NCBI GenBank assembly: GCA_050084515.1
Contig: CM114271.1
Span: 14,074,001 to 14,138,000, forward strand
DNA from: Blasia pusilla
Taxonomy: Eukaryota
Direction: 5' to 3'
DNA length: 64,000 bases
Positions 1 through 12,300 of the stretch are shown piece by piece. The notes below the pieces were generated by a model. It was not told where the DNA came from and did not search any database. It was given only the letters and a program-made list of their open reading frames with translations. The position numbers and the translations under genes are program-made. Numbering within the stretch: the stretch's first letter is position 1; each line of letters begins with the position of its first letter.

Positions 1-1466
1 ATATCCACCACGATCACGGAAGTTTCTGCCACGATCCCTGCCTTTTTTTGATCCATAACCTGCAAATAACGCACTCTCTTGCAGACTAGACGAGCTTCTG
101 CTACCTACTAGGCGCATCTCTTTATTGATCAACACACGAACTAACTCTTGAAAGGTTGGATACTTCTCTCTCACAGAGAAAGAGGTCTCAAAGGACTTGT
201 AATCTTTTGGAAGGCCTTGAAGAGTGAATAAGATCAGATCATCATCTTCTACTGTCACTCCAATACTATTCAACTAATCAACAATATGTCTGATACTCAA
301 AATATAATCATTGATGCTCTGCAATCCTTTCCTCACTTCGTTCAAGTGCTGTTTTGATTGAAGCTTTTTGGCCTTTGTCGATGTCTGGAACAACTTTTCC
401 AATGCATCCGAGGCCTCCTTTGGAGAATCAACATCTTGGATGTGACCTATCATTGGCGAACTAATCGTTATTGAAATGTAGTGGATTACTTGCCTTGTGC
501 TTTTGTTCCAAGCGCGAACATTCAAGTCTGTTGAGTCACCTTCTGGCTTGGCCTCATCACCTGTGACAAGCTCCCATAGTTCTTGACCCATAAGAAATTC
601 TTTCATGCAAAACTTCCAGACATTGTAATTTTGCTTGTTTAGCTTCTCGTCTGTGATTGCTGCTGAGGAATACTCCATGATAAACAATTTCACTCACAAA
701 AAATGTAATTTCAGGTTTTCTACTATTCCAATTGAAGCATAGACCACTCCTACATAGAAATTGACCTGAAATTTTCCAAAATTGATCAACTGTATGAAAG
801 AACTAGTCGAAATTGGCTTGTAGAGAGCAAACTACACAACTTTTCTTCACTAATTGCACTTTCCTACATTGAAATTGCTGCTGCAGGAGCTCAGAGTGTC
901 AAAATTGAGAGATTTTGGATGCGTTGGAAATCTCTCGATGAGCTCTACAAGATGGATAGAACAAGCTAGATCCGTCTTGATAGAACAAGCCTTCGGCTTG
1001 TTCTATCATCATCAAAGCTCCACTTGAAATTTGCATCCACTAAGCTCTGAATAAAATTTCCTTCTCCCAAACTGAAATTGTGCCTTCTCTTGCCTCTCTT
1101 CTCTCTTCAAACACTAAGAATTTCAAGTGATGTTCTCCTCCTGCTCTGATACCATGTGGAAAACTGCTAAACAAGCAGAACTGGTGGAAAACGGCTCTCA
1201 CAAATACACACCACCATGGAGAACGAAATTTGCAATGAGAGAATGATTGGAGGCTAGTACTCTTCTTAATTATATAGGGTATGTACAAGCAACCCTAATC
1301 CTATCCTTAACCATAGTCTTGAGTTAGCCTTACTATGATTAACTAACCCTAGTTAAGATAATCGTGCTTAACTGACTAACCAAGATTAAGCTTCCCTACT
1401 TCGTGTGAGTGCCAAATGTAGCAGTTCAGGTGTCTCATGAGCTTGACTGTAACTCAATCTTCAATA
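1..1466 (-). mobile_element. Ty1/Copia LTR retrotransposon, 5' part (5' LTR about 1155-1466, PBS, leader, decayed gag), running off the window start
   Basis: GCTCTGATACCA at 1143-1154 is the reverse complement of the tRNA-iMet PBS TGGTATCAGAGC and abuts TG at 1155. Gag ORF from ATG 678 (KLNKQNYNVWKFCMKEFLMGQELWELVTG, Copia gag/UBN2 type) has a premature stop at 274-276 and continues in frame (DDDLILFTLQGLPKDYKSF). The far LTR end (1466) is inferred from a copy at 6484. Confidence 0.9.
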
Positions 1467-1499
1467 ATTGAGACGTGTGCTCTACGTCAACAAGCAGCG

Positions 1500-3326
1500 T
1501 GGTGCGACAAATCACTTATCTATCGTCTCATCGACAAACCATCCTCAACTCTAGACATCCCACATAGGTCTATGTCCCCTAGACCCATACATCATCGATG
1601 CTCCTAGCATGAGCACAAAACCAAATATCCCAAATAACTTCCCAATATCCAAAAATCCCTCACACGTGTAGGGTAAGAGACAAGAATGGATAACCTGACA
1701 ATAATATTGATGTCGCTCCTTGGCAATTGCAAATCTTGACCCCAACTCAATCATCAAGATAACTCCTTCAACCAGCAAGTCGTACTCCTCTCATACTAAC
1801 GCTGCTCAAACCTCCTCAATGTGCGGTGTAGGTCCAACGATCCGGTGCGGCACTGGCAGCATGAAACGGCTACAAATGGCACGGCACTCGGGAATCGGGT
1901 GCGGCACTCGACGGCATACCCTCCTCAATCAGAAATTCACACGCTCTGCTCCTTACTGAAGGAGCGGCTCCGCGATCGAGACAGTGCAGTGCGGCCACGA
2001 GCGGCATGGCACGTTGCGGCTATGGGCGTCACGACACAGTACTCGATCGTTGTCGAGCGACTACCAATCACAACATAGCAGAATGAAATGAAAACTCAAA
2101 CACCATAAACTAGGTCGACTGTGGATGATGGACGGTGGACCGTTGATGGTGACGGTTGATCATTGATGGTGACGGCCGACCGTTGATGGTGACGGTTGAC
2201 CATTGATAGTGGCGGTTGACCGCTGACGGTGACTATGACGGCGACGGCCGCGCCGGCGTGGCGGCTGGTTTAGGGTTTGAATAATTTAACCCTAACAATT
2301 GCCTAGCAATGGAAATTTTGCAAGATTGACCATAATGTTTTGCTCGCAACTCCAAATTGCGCAACATTTATTGCACAACGTGTACAGCTTTACGATCTAC
2401 GACAACTTCAAAAAATATTGAGTCGGACATTCCAATAAAAATTGACGGGGATTGTCGTAAAGCCCAATGTCTCTTTCTCCTACACAAAATTCGGCAGCGC
2501 TTCCGCGTTGATTTCTCTCAACAAAAATGTAAAACCTGTGAAAATACAAATCAGCAAGCTACATGTTGCTCCCGAGAGCACCGGCATGGGGCAACCCGCC
2601 CCCATACTCAATCCCTATTAAAAATTGGGTAGCGCTTACGTGCGCCACTCTTGCACACAAAAAAGAGGCAAAGGAAACATCACAAGTAAGCGGCTCTTGC
2701 TCCAATGAGCACTCTCATGAACGAGGAATACGATCCCCAACCTGCAAAACCGATGAGTGACCAATGAGCTCCCCCATGAAGCTCTCTCACTCACTCATTC
2801 TATCTTTGTAAAATAAGATCCAATCTCTCTCACAACACCATAGTTCTCACATCTGTGCACTCTCACATGTCTCTCTCAATGTCAAACCAAACCCACTCTC
2901 CTAATGAGAGGCTTGAGTAACACACATAAGGCAACCAAGACCATAGCTCCGCCGCCTCATGCCAAGAGGTTCAACAAAGAGAGAATGAGCTCTCAAGCTC
3001 TCTCTCCTTGAGGTATATCCCTCCCCTCTCCCAAGCTCTCTCCATGGTAACCTTTCCTCCCAAGTCACCTCCTTGGCTCTTGATCTGATGTAGGAGGTCA
3101 AAGTCCACTTACCAAAAATAGAAATTTGATCATATACTCAAAATGGTACTTATGTAAAATAGTAAGTTCCTTAATATGGCTCCAAATGAGCCGAAACTAA
3201 GGGGAAACCTGGTCTCTCAAGTTTCCCGGGGCCTCAACAGGTCATCCTCGACCTATTGAGCGTGTCCTCCACTACTCACAAAGGCGCTCTACTAGATCTC
3301 ATCGATCTATCTTAAAAGACGTGACA
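1500..3326 (-). mobile_element. Gypsy-type LTR remnant (terminus TGTCAC on the minus strand at 3326) adjoining the DNMT-Gypsy pol
   Basis: About 2810-3326 is a clearly alignable reverse-complement copy of 59054-59570, the first 500 bp of a TSD-flanked solo LTR. The left boundary is approximate. Confidence 0.7.
2131..2230. repeat. Minisatellite, 5 x 20 bp (consensus GACGGTTGACCRTTGATGGT)
   Basis: Units start at 2131, 2151, 2171, 2191 and 2211. Confidence 0.9.
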
Positions 3327-3720
3327 TACCACATGGTTTTGCGGAGGGCGTATGCGAGAGTGGAGCGCCCCTCCGAGTTGTTGGTGGATTCCATTCTGAA
3401 TCTAGGTCGTCGATCACAGGCAATGAGGCACAATGATTGACCGCCGTTGATTGTGTCAACAGGATTGGCATGCCACGAACAACCTTTCCCACATTTGTGA
3501 GTTTTCTTGCTTCCTATGCATTCAAGGAAGCCGGACCTGGCTTGGTTTGGGATGATCACGTACAGAGGTTGGTGGAGCCCAATGCCGATGAGCGAGAGCT
3601 AGCGATGGGATTCCCCATAAGAGTGACAGCAATACCGTCACTATCTGAGGCATCACGACGTCATGTCTTGGGTGAGGCGATGGACCTGAACTGCTTGACA
3701 TGGATTTTTAGCTTAAGAGT
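3327..3720 (+). pseudogene. Retrotransposon-encoded cytosine-5 DNA methyltransferase fragment (target recognition region plus motifs IX and X)
   Basis: EPNADERELAMGFPIRVT...SEASRRHVLGEAMDLNCLTWIF matches the pattern and spacing of C5-DNMT motif IX (E.ER..GFP..T) and motif X (R...LG) as in DNMT3/DRM C-termini. Same frame as the downstream RT. Motifs I-VIII are absent; the LTR ending at 3326 lies where they would be. Confidence 0.75.
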
Positions 3721-6187
3721 AGCTGGGCAGCGTCGTTTGAGGATGCGACAGATCACAACTATTGCGTTGGTGAGCCCCATGCCTACCGAGATGGTTGAGG
3801 CACTGGATGGGGGCGAGACTCGAGGAGATCAACACTCCAGGGATGATCGGGAGAGACACCCTTGGACTTCTTGGGATGTTTTGCAGGTACGCTAGGAGAT
3901 GATAGCCACAACATCGAGTGTGGTTATGGGTAATGCACGTAGAGATGAGAGTTTGCACTTGGCTGCACGAGAGCTGTCGAGTTCGATTGTAGGAGACGGA
4001 GTTGCACCATAGCAACCACCTACATCCGTGCCAAAGAGTCCTATTGTAGTCACGATGGAGACTTGGGAGCCATATATGGGCCCTAAGTTGATAGGAGGAG
4101 AGCGGCGCCAGATACATCAGTTCCTCAAGAGTTAAAGGATCTGTCTTGCATTTAGCATGCAGGATTTGGGTATGATGAAGGGTCCAGGGATCCGCATTGA
4201 GTTGTCAAGAGACACGCCGATCTTCCGACAACCCTACAGGTACAGTGACATGGAGAGGGCTCTGATTCAGAGTAGGAGCCAGGACTTGGTTGGCGTAGGA
4301 CTAGTGGAGATGTTGCATGGAGAGTATACATTTGCCACTGTCATGCCCGCCAAGAAGGATGTGCATGGCAACTGGACGGATAAGTGGATGTGTGGAGATT
4401 ACGGACCTATCAATTGGCAGACAAAGTCCGATAAGTATGCCATGCCCACTCCTGAGGAGATCTTTGATGCTATTGGGCATGCAAAGGTCTTCATTTCATT
4501 AGATCTTTGAGCGGGATACCATCAGCTGCCTATCAGATTGGAGGACAGGAAGAAGACGGCATTTTGGGGCATCGATCCTCTCGGGAAGGATTGCTTGTAC
4601 CAGTGGCGGTTCTTACCTTTTGGGTTAAAGAATGCCCCGAATGAGTTTCAGAGGGTCATGGATAGGATCTTGGCAGGTCTAGATTTTTCCAGGTGTTATA
4701 TTGATGACATCGTAGTCTTTAGCGCCACGGTTGAGGAGCATAAGCGACATTTAGAGGAGGTGTTTTGACGATTGCAGTTACATGGGCTAAAGCTACATCC
4801 AGGCAAGTGCAAGTTCTTCTACGACCAGATTGAGTACTTGGGTCATACGATATACCCTGGAGGCCTTGGTGTGCAACAGACAAAGATAGAGGCTATCTCA
4901 CGCATTCCATGCCCTACAGATGTGAGTCGATCTTGCTCTCTAGCACAATGGGTGCTAGAGAGCAAGATCAGCTCCAACAGCTAACCATACAGTTTTGGTG
5001 GGAGGGGACACATGTATTGCGAGTGTGGGAGGATGGTAGAGTATGTGTAGTGCCTTATCCTTCGCAGAGAGCACGTTTGGTGCATCATGCCCACGAGGAG
5101 TTGGTTCATTTTGGAGTGAAGCGGACATACAGCTTGCTCCTGATTCAGTATTGGTGATGAGGCATGCAGACTGACGTTCAACAGTTTCTTGCCAGATGCA
5201 TGGTGTGTGATCGAGTCTAAGCATCGTTCAATGCTTTGACTCTACAGTTGCATCCACTTTCGATCATGGATTTAGGTTATAGATGGAGTTTGGATTTTGC
5301 AGGACCTTTACCTTTGACGGAGCGCCGTAGTCGTTATGTGTTGGTGATGGTCGAGCACTCCTCGAAGTGGATAGAGTTGGTTGCATTGCCTGACAAAGCG
5401 AGTGGGGGAGTAGCGTATGCCTTCCTAGATCGAGTGTTGAGTCACTACGGCGCACTAGCTGAGGTGTTGACAGACTAGGATATAGAGTTCTGCGGGAGTT
5501 TCAGGCCTTGTGTGATCAGGCACTCATCGACCACCGCACTACTTCGCGAGATCATCTTGAGGCGGATGGACTAGCGGAGCGGGTTGTGCAGACGGTGAAG
5601 AGAGAACTACGCAAGTATGGCTTGGAGAGAGGTCACCTAGGAGATTGGGACCTTCAGTTGCCGTGGTTGGCAATGGGATACAGATTCAGCATGCAGGCAT
5701 CCTTAGTGTCTTTCTCACCGTACTTGCTTTTGTATGGCCGAGAGCCAGATTTACCTACGGCCATTCCTCGAGATGTTGGTGAGGTGTTGAACCTTGATGA
5801 CCCTGATGTATGGATGCAAGCATGTTCTCAGAGGGTTGAGTTGTTTCGAAGAGGATGCCCATGGCGTTTGAGAACTTGGCGATTGCGCAACATCGGGATA
5901 CATTTAGGTATGCGACTATTCGAGGAGGTGGTTATCGACCTACTATCCGGAGGTTTCATCAAGGAGACTATGTCTACTTGCAAGAGACGGCACCCACAAC
6001 CTTGGATGTGACTGTAGGGCTCACCATCTTGAGAGTGCGTGAGGTTTTGCCATCCGATGTTCTCTTATTGGAGGGACTTGATGGTATGGTTTGGAAGGAC
6101 CATGTGCGTAACAGTGCGCCATGTCATCTTCCGAACACTGACGGTACAGTTGATCTGAGCTTAGCAGTAGTTCTTGCAGGCTTGAGA

Positions 6188-6328
6188 TGTATGTTGTGTG
6201 GTCCCGCCCGTGGTACAGCTACTATGCTAGTTTGTGATGGGTGTTCGAGAGGATGACATATGGCATGTCTGACGCCACCTCTCACTAGGGTTCTTGAGGG
6301 ACGATGGATGTGTCCTAAATGTACATAG
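6188..6328 (+). pseudogene. PHD finger (C4HC3) at the C-terminus of Gypsy integrase
   Basis: CMLC-x8-MLVCDGCSRG*HMACLTPPLTRVLEGRWMCPKC. All eight ligands are present; the stop at 6254-6256 is most simply TGG>TGA. Confidence 0.92.
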
Positions 6329-6483
6329 AGTAGGTAGTTCTACATTTCGACTTGTGTCTGTGACATAGATGACAAGAAGGCGACTAACGATGGGGCCACA
6401 TGAGCACCCGACCTTCTTGCTCTTAACGTCCGAGAGATGTATGTCATGGTAGGTAGGGATAGATGGCTATATGAAGTTAGAGG

Positions 6484-6559
6484 TATTGAAGATTGAGTTA
6501 CAGTCAAGCTCTGATACCATGTGGAAAACTGCTAAACAAGCATAACTGGTGGAAAACGG
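6484..6559. repeat. Chimeric patch of both ends of the Copia LTR at 1143-1466
   Basis: 6484-6511 is the exact reverse complement of 1439-1466. 6508-6559 is a near-exact direct copy of 1143-1194 (PBS plus LTR end). The two pieces overlap at GCTC. Confidence 0.9.
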
Positions 6560-8790
6560 GACTCCAAGGTCTCGAACCTTGCTTGCCTTGCCTTTGTCCC
6601 GCAAGTGGTCACTTCCCTTTCTCGCCTAAGGCTAGTCACAAGACATGTGCATGTCTCGCAATTGGTTCCACCGTTCTTTCTAGTATGGGTTTTGACTTTG
6701 GTGTATCACATCAAGGTCTTTCATCCTTGGATTCACGATGATGACAGGATTTTGGGATCCCCACTAGTATAGGTGCCATATACTTAGCTATTGGCAACGT
6801 CAAATCCTCATCCTGATCGGCTATCTCATTGAATCCCCCAATATTCTCAAAGTTGAGTGGGAGATCCTACCGGAAAGCTAGGATATCTATTAGAGATCTC
6901 TCACCAGACCTCGAGGATATTGGAGACTTCAATGAATAAGATCAAGGATCAAGGGATATTGGGAACGAGCTTACATGTTGGGAGTGCTTTACAACGAAAC
7001 ACTCCCAACCTTCAACTTTGTGAAGCCTCGATCATCCTCCCCAAGTTACTCACCTATACTAGAGTGTGTTGGTTAATCCCTCAAGGTAGGTCCTACATGG
7101 TATCCTAGCTCAAACCTGAAACATGCATCATGATTAGTTTCTTGTAAATGGACTTGATTAGGGAGGGAGAATGTCCTCCCTTATAGGTACTTCTAGGGCT
7201 CTCCAAGGGAACCCCTCCTTTCCCATTGTCCCCCTTGACTCTTGATTTTGACCCTCAATCCAAAAAATGGTTGGCAACTCGCAAACCCGTGTTTAACTAG
7301 TTAACCTTAAGATGACTGAATAATGTTTCCTACATTATACAACTCCGTAAATACATCTTGGACCCATGAATCCCTTCCCTCTACCGACAAAAGTGAGCCG
7401 GGCACTCAAAATGGCGGCTGATACGTTTAGCCAGCAAATCGGTATAGGGCCATCCAACCCCTAAGTGCCACGTAGCCAAGAGCAGCTGGATGGCCCGCCC
7501 AAAGAGAACCAAATTGGCAACGTGGAGCCGATCCTGGGACACTTATTTGAGCCCGTATTGGTAGAGGCAGTAGTTAGGAACCTTGCGGGATTGAAATGTG
7601 TCCGACCCGTCCATGGAAAATCTCGACTTTCGAATCCGAAGAAAAAACTTCAGAATGGATTTCATGTGGATGAGAATTTCTCCAGCCCGCCATCTCTGAA
7701 CAAAAGCGGCCTTTGATACTCTCGGATGTCCGCTCCGCTCGCACGTGAAATCTACATGAAAGTGGACGACATTCTTGCCACACGTTCTGATGATCCATTA
7801 CTTCCGTCCTTATGGCAAACAATTGATCACTCGGCATCTTTCGAAACGAACAACAATCATGCGACATGTTGAAATCGTTCATTCCTGCAGACAAACTGTG
7901 GGTCATTTTGGCCACCATTCACGAAAACACATCTCCAGACGTAAATTTGACTCGGATTTCACCACTAAAGAGTGAACCATGTATGGCGGTCCAACCAGGC
8001 ATTTAACTGCTTCAGTAATTTCAGTTGTCTCATCGGGGAGGATAGGGAGTTCGTGAAGGTAAGGTAACGATTCCTCCCGAATGTGACAGACACAATCAGT
8101 TCAGTGAAAAGAGATGATGCAATGATGCACCGACAGATGAAACATGGAATCCGATTCACAATCAGAGTCGGATGAAGGTGAAAGGAATTCATCTCGACCT
8201 CTACGCACATTCTCTGGAAAATGAATTGCATTTCAGTAGGTGATACGGAGGTTCTCATGTGAAAGTAAGGACTCGTCCAAGACAAGGCAGATCCCTTGAA
8301 TTTTTGTCAAAGAAAATGAAATAAGAAACACGGAACGATGGAAGGCAATCCACACAAATGTCCAATGAACCTTGAGAAAGGACTTTTAGAAAAAATATTC
8401 TTCGCACATATTCAATGTAGATGTCACGAACCTATCCCATACGAAAACCCGTGAGCTTTAAAAAACGAGCGCACTTTCCCAATTTCGGTCACGCTGCTGA
8501 TAAACACAAGGTTTGAATGACTACGATCGCAACCTGGAGGTGGTGATTCAGCAACGCGGTCTCAGAATCTGCAAACACATCAGGTATCTTAGATGGGGGC
8601 TGCTAGGGGAGATCGAGTCACCGGCGATTTCCAGCCTGCGGATGGAGCGTTCTTTTAGGTGAAGCACACCGTCCTTCTTTGCTCCATGGACAGCAAGATG
8701 AAATGTACGTCAAAGTCATTCGGAGTCACGTGGATCGCTTTTCAGGATCAACAGCAGCATGATGATTAGACTCCGGAAGCTTCTTATGAG

Positions 8791-9042
8791 TTACACATTT
8801 CCGACGCTCGTAGATTCTCTCTCGATACAATCTGTTGGCGACAAATTGGGGATCAGCAGGCCGGACGGGGCCTCTTGATGCCGCTGCTTCTCTTTCATGG
8901 CAAGCAACTGCTGATCCCTTACCACTCCCGCGTGCAGATTCTGGCGCTCTTGCTTTTGTTTCCGATGCACCCCGGTGATGCCTGCTCCTGTCCCCAAAAC
9001 CACCACTCCCAGGAACAGAAGTGCGATTCTCCTCTTGGCCAT
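8791..9042 (-). CDS. PET117: PET117-like mitochondrial cytochrome c oxidase assembly factor (single exon, 83 aa)
   Basis: N-terminal hydrophobic segment followed by GVHRKQKQERQNLHAGVVRD, matching the PET117 family signature (VH..Q..ER..L..GV.RD). Confidence 0.85.
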   Translation of the reverse strand: MAKRRIALLFLGVVVLGTGAGITGVHRKQKQERQNLHAGVVRDQQLLAMKEKQRHQEAPSGLLIPNLSPTDCIERESTSVGNV

Positions 9043-9358
9043 AGCTCCTTAACCCTCAGCTCCCTTCGCCCTTCACCCTCTCCTGAGTCCCGTTCCACAC
9101 ATTCGCTTGCGCGGGTTCGTGATCTTGCATCTAATTTAGCAACAACGGGAGATTAGTTGGCTGTTTAGTGGGAATGGGTACCCTTCAGCGGAACCAGTTC
9201 AAAATGTATAGGAAAACCTGGAGTTAGTGGGAATCTCTATTTCTGGCCAACTTTGTAACCTCTTGGATCTGCGGACATGTTTTCCAACCAGTTTCTCCTC
9301 CAGTTATTTATTACCCGCTCTATTTTCAAATTTGGTTGTCTGGTCCGGTTGCGGAATT
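9043..9358. promoter_or_regulatory. Probable bidirectional promoter region between PET117-like and the coiled-coil gene
   Basis: Divergent start codons at 9042 (-) and 9359 (+), separated by 316 bp. Confidence 0.5.
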
Positions 9359-12300
9359 ATGGCGTTGAGTACAAGGAAGCGGAGTGGGCGTGCAGTGGAG
9401 TTTGATATTTCTCATGGATCTTCCAACGACCTGTGGAAGCACGCAAGAGAGGTATACATCCGGATTGCTACATCCATTTCAATCAATGGCTTCATCTATA
9501 AAAATGGCTGAGTTAGAGTTGCGCGAAAATCAGAACATTTGGGAAGAAATAACTATCAAGTGTGTGTCGATTTGGGTGGCTTTAGTTAGAAGTGTTTGAT
9601 TCTTTGAAAGCCAGAAGCCTATGCTCCTCAACGGATGATATGAATTTGGAATCCAGACGAATCGGAATCTTTGATAGGCAGTTTCCCTGCCGTTACACGA
9701 CCTCTGTGTATTCGGAAATTGCAGAGGGAACAGATGAACAAACGGCTGCATATATTCTGGGAAATTGATGAAATATAGTGCAGATGAACGCCATAGATGG
9801 CGTTGTCATTGACATAGACGACAAGAATGTTGGTAATTTTTGAAGCTCTCAGTGCAACGTTCTCGTCTCATATTACAAATGCAACAACCTCCGGCAGAGT
9901 TACAATCATAAGCCTGGACAGTTGCGATGCTGTCGACGCAGTCCAGTTTCCTTAGGATTGACTGTTCTTGAAGTTTTAACGCTCAGGTCAATGAATTGGA
10001 TTTCTTTAAAAGCTAGGCAAGAATTCGGTTTCTACCAATATAGGAGTGCATCAGTTCTTACAGATGGGCCTCAGTTTTCTGCTAGCACATGGTATGAGAA
10101 GGAAGCGCGAATGAATAAAAGCTACCCATGCTTGAATCGAAACAATTCAAAATAGATTGAATTATGAATTTACTTTCTCCTCCTTTCGAACAGGTAACTC
10201 AAGACATCACAGCCAATCTGAAGGATGCTGTGAAAAGCTTGCAAGATGAGAATACTGGAGTCACAGGTCCTCCTTTCTTGCAGGTTTCTAACTTCCCTGG
10301 ACAAGTGTTTGGAGCAGTTGGTTAGTTGTTTTGATGGGATCTCTTGAATATATGGTGAAGTTTGTATATGGCCCATTTATGGATATGGAAAATTCTAACT
10401 ATTTCTATTATATCATCCATTGTCGAGCAACCAATTGCTGTTACTCAACTCATAAGAAAGCAAGGTTATTAGACCTGCTCTTGTTCAGGTTGTCAATAAT
10501 ATACTGTAGACCCAGGGACTCCTTATACCTTTCCAATGCTCCATCAAGAGAAGCAAACCGAATTAACGTTTTCCAAACTGTGTCTTGATGCACTATGGCC
10601 TTTGGTTAAAAGTTGTATTCTTATGGAGTGTAGGCAACAGAGTCTCAGAGGAAGCTTGCAATAAAAAGAGCTCTGAACAGATTAGGAAGAGCTCTCAATC
10701 AGGTGTCGACCATCGAGTCCTACGTAAGAGCCGAGATAACCTTCCAACTCTAGTTCTGGTCTCTGCTAGACTTACAAAAAAGTTTTTCATCTTGTAGTAC
10801 AATACAAGTATTATTTATGGGTCAAGCATCCAGTCACGCATCCATATCTTGTTTTCGCATCTTTTTAGATGACTTCGTATCCAATGATCACCTGCAGTCG
10901 GCTGGTATGAAAGAAGAAATGAAGAGTCTACAGAAAAAGCTTGAGGCGTCTGAAAAAGCCTATGTAAGCACCTTTACCTACTCTATTGCACCCTTTTGAT
11001 GAGGTGCATCATATGACGTTTGTATTCACCTACGATGTAATCAAATATTCAGAGTGATTAATCGTAAATGAAATATTTCCCTGATTATTATTTTACTCAT
11101 TTTGGATAATTCATCAAACACGAAGATCACATGTATCTCTGTGCCTATGTAATGATCCTCATGGCGGACAATGCAATTTATCAGAAAGAGATGGAAGGAT
11201 CTACAGCTAAGATGCAGGAACAAATCGAGGGCAGCCAATCCAAGATGAAGGTACGCACTTAGACCTCAGGGATCCTTCTCTTCCTTCCTAGCAGCTCCTT
11301 TCATCTGCAACGCGCATGGTGCCAGGTTGTGTTGAATTCGAAGGGTAGTCTCAAACTGATAGCTTTTGTGATGTTGTCCACAGGATACATTGAATCGACT
11401 GAATCATGAGGAGGAGCTCATGACGACCATGCTCAAAGAGCTTGAAGCAGCCAGACTCGCAGCAGATCTAGCAAGAAAGGAAAAATTTGATGTACTGGAG
11501 GTACTATCCAGAGAATTTTCGTCTCTCTTGCATTGGTTCCACGTGGAAGTGATGCTATCTGTTTACAGGAACTTAACTTCGTATTGTTGTTCATGTGAAG
11601 GAACTACGATTGAGAGATTCTGAGAAAGGGAAACACACAGAAGAGCTTGTAAGACTTGCCACTAGGGAGAAAAGTTTAAGGTCTGAATCGATCCAGAAAA
11701 CGTCTTGTTTGCAGTCGTCGTAATGTTAGGGTGAGAAGAAAATTGTTATCTTCACCAAGGAGTACTCGGACGAAAAGGAACTCAGCACTAAAATACCCAC
11801 CAAATTGTGCATTACTGTAATCAACCATTTTTTGGCTTGGAGTTCATCTTCCAAGGATTATAGCATGGCCAAGTTTTGTAAAATAGAAAACTCAACTTAA
11901 GCACCATAATCCATCCTGTTTATCCTTAAAAACTCATGGCATAAGATGGAACCATATTTGGAACCACAGAGCAGAAAATGAAAAGCTGGGAAAACAGTTT
12001 ATGAGTGCTCTTAAAGAGAAGGAGATGATAGAAGTAACTTTGAAGGCTGCTGCTAATGCTACAGCAAATGTTGAGCGATACAAGGAGGTAAGGTGTTTAG
12101 CTTGCGGGTCACTTTATCCTACACCTCTTCCTATTTTTCTTGGCACAGTGGATACTGTAAGAATGTGGCTTTATGTGAATTCAAATCATACATTGCCTGG
12201 AACACTTTAAGTTCTATAATAGTTCGATTACTTTTAATGCCTAAAGTTTAACTTTAAACTGGTGAAATGAATGAAATCAACAGCTTCCGTCTTCTGAAAT

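Larger units (their letters stand above)
3327..6328 (+). mobile_element. Decayed Ty3/Gypsy pol: C5 DNA methyltransferase C-terminal part - RT - (RNase H deleted) - integrase - PHD finger
   Basis: RT: WMCGDYGPIN, SLDL*AGYHQ, FLPFGLKNAP, CYIDDI, KCKF, YLGH. Integrase: HEELVHFG...C..C zinc finger, WSLDFAGPLP, LTD*G, DGLAERVVQTVK. RT-before-integrase order is Gypsy. Several in-frame stops and frameshifts. Abrupt jump at about 4930 from the RT connection region to pre-integrase sequence. Confidence 0.93.

Noticed and set aside
2131-2230. Short regular repeats (also 44221-44301 and 56504-56595) as CRISPR-like arrays
   Set aside because: Head-to-tail units with no unique spacers, no cas genes, eukaryotic context; these are ordinary minisatellites.
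3437-3895. DNMT-like ORF as a host DRM/DNMT3 gene
   Set aside because: No introns, no N-terminal motifs, and in frame with Gypsy RT; it belongs to the retroelement.
7400-8070. Possible small spliced gene (ATG at about 7410; splice-like sites near 7441, 7890, 7941, 8023)
   Set aside because: The best join gives only about 33 aa with no recognisable family; could be non-coding exons or chance.
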